This document shows positions 40,508 to 51,150 of a stretch of DNA of 64,000 nucleotides, one piece after another; position 1 is the stretch's first letter; each line of letters begins with the position of its first letter. The notes under the pieces are model-generated. The model searched no databases and was not told the DNA's origin. It saw only the letters and a list, made by a program, of their open reading frames with translations. The stretch comes from an uncultured Chloroflexia bacterium (GTDB lineage Bacteria > Chloroflexota > Anaerolineae > CG2-30-64-16), in the NCBI GenBank assembly GCA_963774265.1, contig CAVZDU010000007.1, positions 416,001-480,000 of the forward strand. The letters run 5' to 3'. The translations under genes and the position numbers were made by a program.

Positions 40508-42167
40508 TCAGCCGGTTTCTCCGCTGCGAGGGGCCGGTACGGGTGACGCGGGCTGCCGACGCCTGGTGCGTTTTCGACCATTTCGCAGAGTATCGGTGAT
40601 GTTGCTCCCGCTTTCCGGACTTTGCGTGCCGTACTGATAGTAGTAGTAGTAGGATCCTTCACCTTGCAGCGGCATCCGGTTGAGAACAACCCCCAGAACG
40701 CGGGCGTTGACCCGGCGGAGCGCTTCAACCGCGCGCCGCGCGATCTCGCGACGCGAATTTCCCACGTCAAGCACCAGAAGAACCCCATCTGTTTGCGTGC
40801 TCATGATCGCAGCATCGGCCAGTGCCACAGTAGGCGGGCTGTCGAAGAGCACCATATCCGCCCGCTCCAATAACTGGGAGATCAGCTCCTTCGCCGCGTG
40901 CTGACCCGAGCAGCTCAGCCGGATTGGGGGGCAATGGGCCGGAGGTCAGCACCCATAGATTAGGCACCGGGCCTTCCTGGATCAATCCCTCGAGATTTGG
41001 GTGCTCCTCCAACAATGCGGTGGTCAGGCCGACATTATTGCGCAGGCCGAACACGCGATGCACGCGCGGCTTGTGCAGATCGGCATCGACCAGGATCACC
41101 CGGCGCCCCGCCTGGGCCAGTGCAGCAGCCAGGTTAGCAGTGGTGAGTGATTTGCCTTCGCCTGGTGCGGGGCTGGTGACCAAGAGCGTTCGTAGCGGGC
41201 GGTCGATCGCCGCGAATTGAAGGTTGGTGCGCAGAACGCGGTAGGCCTCCGTGGCGGCCGACTGGCTGTTGGAGAGGATTGCCAGCTCGTTCCCTGGCGA
41301 CACACCCTCGACGCGCGGCACAGTGCCGAGGGTTGTCAGGTTGAGCGCCTTCTGCACGTCGTCAGGATTCTTGAGCGTGTCGTCAAGGTACTCCAGCAGG
41401 TATGCGGCGCCCGTTGCCAGCAGCAGGCCGATTGCGGCGGCCAGCAAGATGGTGGCTCCCTTGTTTGGACCGACAGGGATCGAAGGAAGTGCTGCCGCCT
41501 CAATAATGTTGATGCTATTCAGCGCGCCGCGTTGTGTGCTGCTGAGGAGCGCGGCATAGTTGGCCTGCAGGGTTGCCTTCTTATTTTGCAAACCGGTGAT
41601 CTGCGTCTGAGTGTCAGCGATCTGGCGCGCGCTGAACATATTGGCCAGTTCAACCTGCTTGCGGTCGATCTCGGTTTGGGTCTCCTGGATCTTCGTCTCC
41701 AGGTCATTCAGCTGTTGGCTGATGAATGCCTGCCGCTGTTGATCCTCCTGGCCTGCTCCGGAGGGACTGATCCGAATCAGTTCTTCTGAAAGCTCCTGGG
41801 CGACCCGTTGTGCGCGCACGGGATCCGTGTCCGTCACCGAGAGCTCGATTAACTGGGTATTTGGAACAACACGGGCGGTGTAGTCGGGCAACCACGCAAG
41901 ATTAAGGCGCGACATGACCGACGCTCGCACGTTGTCACGCTTGACGATGTCGGCGTAGGTGTTTGCCAGTTGCTGAGTCAGCCAGAATTCGTTACCGTTT
42001 GGATTGGGGTTTTCGATCGCCGTGCCGACCATGAGCGTCGATCGCGTGCGATAGATCGGCTGTTGCTGCCGCGTCGCAAGATAGCTTGACGCAGTTGCGA
42101 CTAACGTCGCTGCAATGATCAGCCACCACCACTTCCGTAGTGGTCGAATGTAGTCCTTCAATTCCAT
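40508..42167 (-). CDS. polysaccharide co-polymerase / BY tyrosine autokinase (Wzc-like), frameshift near 40895
   Basis: Wzz N-terminus, EAYRVLRTNL, SPAPGEGKS, DADL, PPNPAELL, DSPP, C-terminal YYYYYQY cluster. Confidence 0.93.
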
Positions 42168-42187
42168 TAGTCATCCCTCGATGGCCC

Positions 42188-42664
42188 TTATGGACGCGGG
42201 TATTCGGCCCCATTGCCTGGATGCAAGTGTTTGATCAGTGTGACTGTGTTGCCGAAGGTGGCATCGTAGCGATAGAGCACCTGATCCATGATGCTGCGCA
42301 CCAGGTGCCAACCAAGCCCCCCCGGCTCCCGCTCTCCGACCGGCAATAGCAGATCGGGCGGCGGAGCGTGTTCGGGATCGAATTCCTGGGCCCGGTCAGA
42401 GATGGTAATGGCGGCCTGTTGTCCATCGGAACAGAAAGAGATCTCCAGGGGTCCCGGCGCTCGATTCGCGTAGCCGTGCATCATGACATTCGCGCATACT
42501 TCCTCCACGGCCAGCCGCAAGTCGAAGTGATCCCCTGCATTGATGTTTGCTTGCTCGCAGAAAGTATCAACGAAATTCAGTAATTCGCTGAGGTCTGCAA
42601 GATGCGCCGATGGCAGGCTGACCATGTCGCAAGTCAGCCCCCGCCGGCGCTGTGCGCTGGTCAT
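42188..42664 (-). CDS. anti-sigma factor / Ser-Thr kinase (RsbW-like HATPase)
   Basis: LAVEEVCANVMMHGY, D..FDP, GGLGWHLV. Confidence 0.88.
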   Translation of the reverse strand: MTSAQRRRGLTCDMVSLPSAHLADLSELLNFVDTFCEQANINAGDHFDLRLAVEEVCANVMMHGYANRAPGPLEISFCSDGQQAAITISDRAQEFDPEHAPPPDLLLPVGEREPGGLGWHLVRSIMDQVLYRYDATFGNTVTLIKHLHPGNGAEYPRP

Positions 42665-42750
42665 GGTGCTCTCCCGATTTATGTTCTTTCATAAGAATAT
42701 ACGATAAAGCTTACTTTCGCAATTACCGGGAGAGCACATAAGTCATGGCG

Positions 42751-43510
42751 CTACATCGAATGCTCGCTGTAGTAGGCCATGGCCGCGGACATGAAGTCGG
42801 CAAGGCCGGGGCGGTACTTGTCATAGAACGCTCGGAATTCCTTGTTCTCGGCGTAGAGCCGTCCCAGGCCTGCATAGGCCTCAGGAGTCGGATGCCAGAA
42901 GTGATCGACCCACGTGTAGTGCAGCGCGACGTTACGTTGCACTTCGGGGTCATCCGGTCCGTGTCCTCGTTCGGCCAGCCCTGCGATGGCTCGCGTTGCG
43001 GCGTCACCCTCGGCATTGATCGCCTGCCAGTGGTCCTTCGACATGCCCTTCACGCGATGTTCGGACTCCTCGACGATCTGCTCCCCGTACTTTTCGCCGC
43101 GCCTCGCGCTTGTAGCGTTCAATCTGCTCTTGTGAGAATCCCTCGTAGAGCTCCGCATCGGTCATTCCCATTTTTCCCTCCGTCAAACGTGTGATGGTCC
43201 TCTCGACCGTGGCGAGGAGACGCTCTAGCCGCGCTGCCTGGGCCAGCAGCATGCGGCGATGGTCTTCCAGGCCGCGCACCTGGTCGAAGTGGGGATCTTC
43301 GACGATGGTCCGGATCTGTTCCAACGAGAAACCGAGCTCTCGAAAGAAAAGAATCTGCTGGAGTTGCAGCAGGTCGGCCTCCCCATACAGCCGATATCCC
43401 GCTGCAGAACGGGATGATGGTCTCAACAGCCCCAGCGCGTCGTAGTGGTGCAGTGTCCGCACTGTGATGTCTGCCATATCGGCAACCTGTCGCACGGTGT
43501 ACCCGGTCAC
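42751..43510 (-). CDS. MerR family regulator with TipAS domain (TipA/Mta-like), frameshift near 43100
   Basis: TVRTLHHYD..GLL..GYRLY, LQQILFFRELGFSL; C-terminal YAGLGRLY..EF..FYDK..PGLADF. Confidence 0.92.
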
Positions 43511-43528
43511 CTCTTCCTCCCAGGGAGG

Positions 43529-43559
43529 ACTATAAACCATGACGTTACGTCAGAGTCAA
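43529..43559 (-). promoter_or_regulatory. MerR-type promoter TTGACT-N19-TATAGT with TGACGTAACGTCA operator
   Basis: 19-bp spacer containing a dyad, upstream of the merR gene. Confidence 0.85.
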
Positions 43560-43638
43560 GTTAAGTCTTCTTAATAATAGGGCTCGCAGCAAAACCCGGA
43601 ATTGTCCCTTTGTTGCCGGCTTGTGCTACACTGTCGCC

Positions 43639-46099
43639 ATGAACGATCCTCAGGGTGGGTCAGAGGAACGGGGCGTTTTGGCCCCCGCACTACGGGTCTG
43701 GCGAAGGCGCGCGCTCTACGCGCTCCTGACGGTGATTGCAGTTGCGGGATTGCCTGCCTATATAACGCCGCTGATCAATGCACGCGGCATCGGGGGGCAT
43801 TACCCCTTTGTTGTGGGCTTATCTTGGCATCTATATCGCATTCGTCGCCCTGGCGCTTGCCCCCTCCCTCCCAGAGAGTACGCGCGCATTCGGCCTCATG
43901 GGGCTGGCGTACGCCAACGGTGTTGCCAGCCTGGCGCGCTTGGGTTTGGCCGGGAGTGGCCGGCTTTATCTGCTGGCCATGCCAGTCGTTGCTGCACTTC
44001 TGCTGGGGACCCGGGCCGGTTATGCGTCGGCCGGGGTCAGCGTGCTCATCTATGCAGTCTTCACCTTTCTTGCCGGCAAAGGCCTGCTTGAGGACCTGAT
44101 CACCCAGCCCCTGAATCCCACCGGCCTGCGCGACTGGCTCGAAGCCGGTTTCGCCTTCATCGTATTCCTGCTGGTGCTGGCAGTGTTGGTCGAGCGTTTT
44201 GCCGACCTGCTGGTGCGTGCATTGGCATCGCAACAGCGGACGTCAAACGAACTCGCATCGACCGCGCGTGCGCTTCGGGATCGCGAGGAAGTACTGGTGC
44301 GCCAGACAGAGACGCTGGCCGCGTTGCACGACACCGCCGTCGGCGTCGCCAGTGCCCGGGGCGCCCAGGAACTGCTCAGCGCCCTGGTTGATCGTTCGGT
44401 TGCGCTGGTCGGCGCGGCGTATGGTTGGCTGTACCTCGTGGACAGCGAGCGTGATGAGTTAGTTGCGCATGTGGGAACCGGCATGTTCCAGCGGCGTGTG
44501 GGAGTGCGTTTGAAGCGCGGTGAGGGCCTGTCCGGTCAAATCTGGGCTGAGGGCCGGCCGCTGGCCATCGACAACTATCGCTTCTGGGACGGTCGTTCGT
44601 CAGCGTTCGAGGGCGATCCGATCGGGCCGGCCATGGGGGTGCCGCTTTTCGTCGAGGGCCAGGTGGCAGGCGTAATTGGTTTGACGCGGCTGATGTACTC
44701 CAAGGGATACACCGGGGAAGAGCTGAACACAATCGGCCGGCTTGCGGAATTGGCCGGCATCCTGCTTACCAACGCGCGGCTCCACGGAGCACTCGAACAG
44801 GAACTGGCAGCACGCGTGGAGGCGCAGGACGCCTTGCAGGTTGCCTATGAAGATCTGGAACTCCGGGTGCAGGAGCGAACCGCCGAGCTGGCTGCCCTTC
44901 ACGCGGAGGAGCGTGAGCGCCGCGCCGAAGCGGAGCGCTCACGCCGTATCGCAGATGGCATGCGCGAGATTGTTGCAGCGCTCAACCTGCGCCTCAAACT
45001 CGGCGACACGCTCGGTTTCATCGTCACCCACGCTTGCCGGATGCTTAAGAGCGATGGCGCGGCGATCTTCAGGCTGGAGCAAATCCCCGCCGGTGATCCG
45101 ACGTTATACGTGCAGGCCGGCTGCGGGCTCGACCCGCAATTCATGGAGATGGCCTCGCTTCCCTATCGTGACAGTATCGCGGGCCGGGCTCTGCAGGAAA
45201 ACCGGCCGATTCCTGTGCCCAGCATCAGCAGCCAACTTGCAGCCACATCCGGTGATTCAGCGCCGCCGCCTTACCTGCAGCGACCTGAGATGCAGCAACT
45301 CATGGCATCGTTCTCAGGGATGCTGTTGACGCCACTGTTTGTCGGCGGTCAGCCTTATGGTGTCATGGCTTTGTATTATCGTGACTCTCGAACCTTCACC
45401 GAGGAAGACGTTAGCGAAGCCCAGAGCCTTGCCGATCAGGTCGCGTTGGCCATCGAGAGCGCCCGGCTGCGTGAGCGTGAGGGACAGGCTGCTGCGTTGG
45501 ACGAGCGCAGCCGTCTGGCGCGGGAGTTGCACGACTCGGTGACCCAATCGCTCTACAGCATGACCCTATATGCAGAGGCGGCCGCGCGCCAGGTGGAAGC
45601 GGGCCATGCGGGAGAGGTAGCCGATCACCTGCGCGCATTGCGCGATACTTCGCGCGACGCTTTGCGGGAAATGCGCCTATTGATCTATGAGCTCCAGCCA
45701 CCTGAGATAGAGCGCACGGGGCTTGCCGCAGCACTTCGCACCCGCTTGCTGGGTGTCGAAACCCGGGGTGGGGTGCAAGCTGAGTTGGTGCAAGACGGCG
45801 ATGAAACGATATCCACCTCGACCCAACAGGAACTCTATCACATCGCGCGCGAGGCGCTGAACAATTCACTCAAGCACGCTCAAGCGACACGCATCAAGGT
45901 GCACCTGTACTATCGTCCTCAGGTTACTGTGATGGAAATCGAGGATGATGGGGCAGGTTTCGACTCTCAAGCCGGCATGGAAGCGGGCGGCATGGGTCTG
46001 CGAACAATGCGAGAGCGTGCGCAGCACCTGGGAGCGCAGCTTGACCTGTGCACAGAAGAGGGGACGGGAACGACCGTTCGGGTGACGCTGAAAACCTGA
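43639..46099 (+). CDS. membrane GAF-GAF HisKA_3 sensor kinase, frameshift near 43787
   Basis: TM N-terminus, two GAF domains, ERSRLARELHDSV, EALNNSLKH, DDGAGF. Confidence 0.9.
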
Positions 46100-46124
46100 C
46101 GCAGGATGTGCCTGGCTTGCAGCC

Positions 46125-47762
46125 TCAACCGGGGGCCTGGCGATCCAGCCACTCCTGGTACAGGTCGTCCAACTCGCACTTGCACGCATCTTCGGCCATT
46201 GATTTGAAATCCGCGGTGGTGGCGATCCCCCAGCGGAAACGCGACGCATAGTCCCTCAGGAACTTGTCGAAGACCCCCTGCCCCACACGTTCAGCCAGGG
46301 CCGATAGAAAGAGCGGGCCCCGGCAATACACAATCGGAGAGTATTCGTTGGGCTCATATTCGGCAGCGGGTAAGCCTACGGGCTTTGCCAGCCGGCCGGC
46401 GCGATCCCAACGGGCTCCCCACGATGTGCTCCAGTCGTCCGCGACATTCCTGCCATAACGGTCAACCTGGTACAACCAGATACTGTACTCGGCAAGGGCC
46501 TCGTCCAGCCAGGGCTCATCAATCTGATCGTTGCCCACGAGATTGTAGAACCATTGATGAGCCACTTCGTGAGCCACGGTGCTCTCGAGAACGGCCATCT
46601 GCCGCCGGCTGTCGGTATTGGCGTCGGAATCGTATACCTTCTGGGTGATTCCCACGGCGCCAGGATACTCGATGCCCAGAGCCGCCAGCATGGGAGTGGC
46701 AGCAATGTCAAGCTCCGTGTACGGGTAAGGTCCAAATCGGTCGCTGAAAATGCGCAGCGCGTTGATCGCTGTATCCAATGCTATTTCAGCGGCTTCCTCT
46801 TCTCCCGCCAGTGCGTAGCTGCTGACCTGCGTTTCCCCCAACTGCTGGGTTTTTGACACATACTCAGCGCTGCCGGCGATGAAGAAATCCCGGGCGGGGC
46901 CGTGGCTGAAGGTCACCGTTTGAGCGGCGTCGCTGATCTCACGCTCGATTACCACACCTGTAGCCACCAGCTTGAGCTCTTTTGGTGCCGTGACTCGCAC
47001 CAAGTAGAAGCTGGGATCGTTATAGCTGGTGTCCGCATTTGCCGGTGGTGTTTCTACATTCCAGCCTTCATCATCGAAGACAGGGATCACTGCATAGGGC
47101 ACGTCCAGGGCCAGAATGCCCCCCGTATAGCCGATCAAGCCATATCCCTTATCAAGGGTCTCGGGTATCGTCAGGTGGAAGGTCAGAGACAGGACCGCGC
47201 TTTGCCCCGGGCTAAGGGGTCGCGGCAATGGCGCCAGGAGGGCGGTGCGTCCAAAGTGATACTCCGCCCGTACGCTAACTCCATCCACCGTCACATCGGA
47301 TACGGACATGTCACCGCCCAGCGCGTTCGGGAAAAGCCGCACGAAGATGCGGTCAAGCTGGGTCTCTTCGCGATTCGTGTAGAACACCTGCTGGCGACCA
47401 GTGATGGTCGTAAAGCTCTCGCCGATGTTCAAGTCAATGCGATACTCACTTGCGCCAGGCAATCTGTCCAGGACACCATACTCGCCCCTCACCAGGCCGC
47501 GCCGGTACGCCGTCCTGTCGCCCCAGTCTGGCCCGAACATGGGCGCCACATCCTGCGCCGTTACCGACGGAAACGATTCGATGATCGGCGGGTTGGACGC
47601 AGGCGTCAGAGTGGGATTTCCCGGTGTGATGTCAGGAGTCAGCGCAGGTGTTGTGCGATCGGGTGCAGGCGTGAGAAGCCCGGCAGGTGCACACGAAGCC
47701 AGGATGAGTGCGACCAAGAATAGCAGAGAAAAGCGCGCAAGGCTCGGGTTCCGAAGCGTCAT
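46125..47762 (-). CDS. M1 family metallopeptidase lipoprotein
   Basis: LASC lipobox, GIEYPG, HEVAHQW, WLDEALAEY. Confidence 0.92.
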   Translation of the reverse strand: MTLRNPSLARFSLLFLVALILASCAPAGLLTPAPDRTTPALTPDITPGNPTLTPASNPPIIESFPSVTAQDVAPMFGPDWGDRTAYRRGLVRGEYGVLDRLPGASEYRIDLNIGESFTTITGRQQVFYTNREETQLDRIFVRLFPNALGGDMSVSDVTVDGVSVRAEYHFGRTALLAPLPRPLSPGQSAVLSLTFHLTIPETLDKGYGLIGYTGGILALDVPYAVIPVFDDEGWNVETPPANADTSYNDPSFYLVRVTAPKELKLVATGVVIEREISDAAQTVTFSHGPARDFFIAGSAEYVSKTQQLGETQVSSYALAGEEEAAEIALDTAINALRIFSDRFGPYPYTELDIAATPMLAALGIEYPGAVGITQKVYDSDANTDSRRQMAVLESTVAHEVAHQWFYNLVGNDQIDEPWLDEALAEYSIWLYQVDRYGRNVADDWSTSWGARWDRAGRLAKPVGLPAAEYEPNEYSPIVYCRGPLFLSALAERVGQGVFDKFLRDYASRFRWGIATTADFKSMAEDACKCELDDLYQEWLDRQAPG

Positions 47763-48421
47763 TTGTCGTCTAGCTTTGCCAGGCCCTCCCGCAGAGCAAA
47801 TCTGGCGGCCTGGGTGCGATTTGCGAGGTGCAACTTGCCGAGGATGTTGCTCACGTGAGTGCGGACTGTGCGCTCACTGATCACCAGCTTGCCTGCGATC
47901 TCCTGGTTTGACAGTCCTTGCGCGACCAGGATGAGCACCTGCGCCTCGCGATCGGTCAACGGCTCCACCGTCGGTCCAGCCGTTTGCGGCCGGTTCAGCT
48001 CCTTGATGACGCGTCGTGCGATGGCTGGATGCAGTGAGACCTCTCCGCATGCGACGTCGCGAATTGCTTTGAGCAGGTCGTGGGGCGAAGCGTCCTTGAG
48101 CAAATAGCCGAGGGCGCCGGCCATGATCGCCGGAAAGACGCGATCATCCTCCGCGAAGCTGGTTAACACCAGGATGCGCGCCTGCGGATCCCCCTGTCGA
48201 ATTTCCGTCAACGCGGCCAAGCCATCCATGCGAGGCATCACCAGGTCCAGGATCGTGACATCCGGCTTGAGTGCTTGCTGCAGACGAACTGCCTCGATGC
48301 CATCAGCGGCTTCGCCGATCAGTTCCATGTTTGGCTCTGTTTCGATCAGGGCGCGCAGACCCTCTCTCACGATCGCGTGATCGTCGGCAATCAGGATGCG
48401 GATGCATTCCTCGTCTGACAT
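47759..48421 (-). CDS. NarL/LuxR family response regulator
   Basis: IADDHAIVREG, LDLVMP, LTDRE...TVRTHVSNIL. Confidence 0.96.
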   Translation of the reverse strand: MSDEECIRILIADDHAIVREGLRALIETEPNMELIGEAADGIEAVRLQQALKPDVTILDLVMPRMDGLAALTEIRQGDPQARILVLTSFAEDDRVFPAIMAGALGYLLKDASPHDLLKAIRDVACGEVSLHPAIARRVIKELNRPQTAGPTVEPLTDREAQVLILVAQGLSNQEIAGKLVISERTVRTHVSNILGKLHLANRTQAARFALREGLAKLDDK

Positions 48422-48429
48422 AAACGCCT

Positions 48430-49479
48430 TCAGCTCTCCTCAGTGTGGCCGAACGGGATGTACACGGTGATTGAAGCGCCCTGGCCCGGCCCCGACGCGA
48501 CGTCAAGGCGTCCACCCAGGCGTTGGGTCCGCTCCTGCATGCTCACGAGCCCCAAACCGCCCTTATCGACCACCGTCCCCGGCAAAAAGCCACGGCCATC
48601 ATCGATCACTGCCAGGGTGACTTCCTCTGGGGTTGTGCACAGACGGACCGAGACTGACGACGCCCTCGAATGTTTCAGTGAGTTGTTCAACGCTTCCAGC
48701 GCGATCCGGTAGAGCTCGGCCTCGATGTGTTCAGGTACAAGGCCATCGCCTTCAACGATCAGGCTTGTCTTGACGCCCGTTCGATCTTCCACGGCTTCGA
48801 GCCGCTGCTTCAATGCATTGGCCAGGCCGTCTCGTTCGAGGATCAGTGGCCGCAGCTCGTAAACCAGCAGACGCATCTCCTTGAGCACCTGTTGCGCAGA
48901 TTCCCCGATCCGGGCCAGATAACCTGCGCCGCGTTCTATGTTCCCGGCACTGACGAGGCGCCTGGCGGCTTCGGCCATGAGAGACAGGCTATACAGCGAC
49001 TGCGTCACTGAATCGTGTAGTTCGCGAGCGAGGCGCTGTCGCTCGTGCAGCACAGCAAGGTCGTGCGCCTGGGTGACTCGCTGCTCGAGCAGCTGCTGGG
49101 AGCGCACACGCTCGGTGATGTCCAGCGCAACGCCGACGCAACCGTCGATTTCGCCGTCTGCGCCGCGCAAAGGCTCGATATAGCCCTCAAAAAACGAATC
49201 AGCCCACCGTGTTTGATACGCGACGCTCTCACCAGACAGCGCGCGCTGGTGTGCCTGCAGCACCGTGTCTACCTCCGGAGAGCCGGCTTTCCCGGTGCTT
49301 GTCGCGTGTTTCCCGATCAGGTCGCTCGGTCCGAGGTTGAGGGCGGCCAGGCCTGCGCCACCAATCGAAGTATACTTCAGGTTCTTGTCCGTCGTCCATA
49401 TCACCGCAGGCACCTGTGCGACCAGAAGACGCAACTGGGCTTCACTCTGTAGGACGGTTTGCGGTGGTGAATCTTTCAT
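48430..49479 (-). CDS. cytoplasmic PAS HisKA_3 histidine kinase
   Basis: PAS ending DITER, ERQRLARELHDSV, EALNNSLKH, DDGRGF. Confidence 0.93.
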   Translation of the reverse strand: MKDSPPQTVLQSEAQLRLLVAQVPAVIWTTDKNLKYTSIGGAGLAALNLGPSDLIGKHATSTGKAGSPEVDTVLQAHQRALSGESVAYQTRWADSFFEGYIEPLRGADGEIDGCVGVALDITERVRSQQLLEQRVTQAHDLAVLHERQRLARELHDSVTQSLYSLSLMAEAARRLVSAGNIERGAGYLARIGESAQQVLKEMRLLVYELRPLILERDGLANALKQRLEAVEDRTGVKTSLIVEGDGLVPEHIEAELYRIALEALNNSLKHSRASSVSVRLCTTPEEVTLAVIDDGRGFLPGTVVDKGGLGLVSMQERTQRLGGRLDVASGPGQGASITVYIPFGHTEES

Positions 49480-50264
49480 GATGCCCGTGGGCGGGAACCT
49501 CTGGAATGACGCAACGCCGCAGACCGGCTGACATTCATGCCATCGTCCGCGGAGGTGCTCGCAGCGAGCGGTAGTCGTATCGCGAACCCACCTGAGCCGT
49601 TCTTGCTCGCCGGAAGGATCGCTTCCAGCTCGCCGCCCTCGTGCCGGACCAGCTGCCTGGCGACGTACAGTCCCAGGCCCATGCTGACCGGAAAACGACT
49701 CTCTGCATCGCCTGTATAGAAGAGATCAAATATGCGGTCGAAATCCTCTCGCTTGAGGGCAAGTTGGTCACCCGTCACGCTTACCAACAGCCATTCGCCC
49801 TCTATCTTTGCCGCGAAGCTCAGGGTTGAGCCCACATGCGCCCGACGCACGGTGTTGGCCAGCAGGTTATTCAGAGATTGCGCCAATTTGTCCTCATCCA
49901 CGCGGATGGGCGGCAGGGTGTCGGGGATCTCAACGTTCCAGGCTAATGTCTTATCTGGTTGCATCGGCTGCCAGCGAGCGATCAACTGTCGAAGCCATGG
50001 ACCTGGCAGCACAGTGCGGCGCATCAGCGAGACAGTCCCCTTTTCGAGTGCCATGAACTGGATGATGTTTTCAAGCACGCGCTGCAGCTCGATCAATTCA
50101 AGCTCGATTCCCCGAAGCATCTCGCGCCGGATGATCGGGTCTTCATCGGCGCCATTCAGTAAGGCTTGCGCGGTTGAACGCAGTGCGCCTGATGTTCGCC
50201 CAGCCTTGTGAATGAGCCGGGTCAGGAGTTGATCGTTTAGTTCCTCTCGCCGTACGCTGTTCAA
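49476..50264 (-). CDS. degenerate histidine kinase-like protein without a sensor domain
   Basis: NLLAN N-box, FDLFY, GLGLY retained; H-box HKAGRT and G1 box degenerate. Confidence 0.75.
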   Translation of the reverse strand: MNSVRREELNDQLLTRLIHKAGRTSGALRSTAQALLNGADEDPIIRREMLRGIELELIELQRVLENIIQFMALEKGTVSLMRRTVLPGPWLRQLIARWQPMQPDKTLAWNVEIPDTLPPIRVDEDKLAQSLNNLLANTVRRAHVGSTLSFAAKIEGEWLLVSVTGDQLALKREDFDRIFDLFYTGDAESRFPVSMGLGLYVARQLVRHEGGELEAILPASKNGSGGFAIRLPLAASTSADDGMNVSRSAALRHSRGSRPRAS

Positions 50265-50329
50265 CGCGAGCCGCCTGTGCGCAAAGTAGAATGTTTAGCC
50301 TTTCGACCGGTCACGGCTGGGCTATGATC

Positions 50330-50396
50330 ATGATACTTCTCAAGTGGCACAGGAGGCCTTAAGATTAGTTGCCATCGGCTTTAACGCAACCTTAAG
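50330..50396 (-). promoter_or_regulatory. CTTAAG-box promoter (site 1)
   Basis: Minus strand CTTAAG, GTTAAA at +11, TAAGGCC at +35, TATCAT at +61. Confidence 0.55.
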
Positions 50397-50406
50397 GGCC
50401 CACATG

Positions 50407-51138
50407 TCATGTTGCGGGACTTGGTCCTGCCTGAAAGTCAAGCAGCTTGTAGCCTTTGCCTCGGACCGTGATGATTCGTGTCGGCTTGCTTGGGTGCTCC
50501 TCCATCTTTTCCCGCAGCCACCGGATGTGAACGTACACCACCTGGGGCTCGCCGTAATACTCAGCGCCCCAGACTTGTGCGAGGATATCCTCGACCGAAA
50601 GCACCTTACCCGCGTTCAGGGAGAGCACGTGCAATAGGTCGAATTCCCTGGGCGAGAGTTGCAGGGGTTGACCGCGCAGGGTCACCTCCACAGCCGAGGG
50701 GTCAATGGTCAGATCGCCGACGCGGAGGATTGGATCGACGTTGCCTGCCAGGGGTTGGCTGAGCGGCCTTTCGGTTTGGCTGCGGCGCAGTACGGCCTTT
50801 ACACGGGCCAACAATACGCCGAAATCAAAGGGCTTGGTGATGTAATCATCGGCGCCGAGCTCTAAGCCCATCTGCTCGTCGAGCTCACGCCGGCGTGCAG
50901 TCACGAAGATCACCGGGCATCCGATCTCCTGCCGAAATTCGCGCAGCGCCTGGAGACCATCCATGCCGGGCAAGCCGATGTCCAGTAGAACGAGGTCAGG
51001 GGCATCTCGGCGTGCGATCCCCAGCGCATCCTCGGCCTTTCCCGCTGAGCTGACCCGGTAGCCCGACTGCTCCAGGTTGTATACGAGGCTTCGCCGGAGC
51101 AATACTTCATCATCGACGACGAGCAGGTGCGTGCTCAT
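50407..51138 (-). CDS. OmpR/PhoB family response regulator
   Basis: VVDDE, LLDIGLP, GADDYITKPF, LSPREFDLL, VYVHIRWLREK, TVRGKGY. Confidence 0.96.
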   Translation of the reverse strand: MSTHLLVVDDEVLLRRSLVYNLEQSGYRVSSAGKAEDALGIARRDAPDLVLLDIGLPGMDGLQALREFRQEIGCPVIFVTARRRELDEQMGLELGADDYITKPFDFGVLLARVKAVLRRSQTERPLSQPLAGNVDPILRVGDLTIDPSAVEVTLRGQPLQLSPREFDLLHVLSLNAGKVLSVEDILAQVWGAEYYGEPQVVYVHIRWLREKMEEHPSKPTRIITVRGKGYKLLDFQAGPSPAT

Positions 51139-51150
51139 TCCATCATCCCC

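Noticed and set aside
43560-43575. GTTAAG..CTTAAT as a fifth CTTAAG-box promoter
   Set aside because: Spacing is 10 rather than 11, and the +35/+60 elements do not line up
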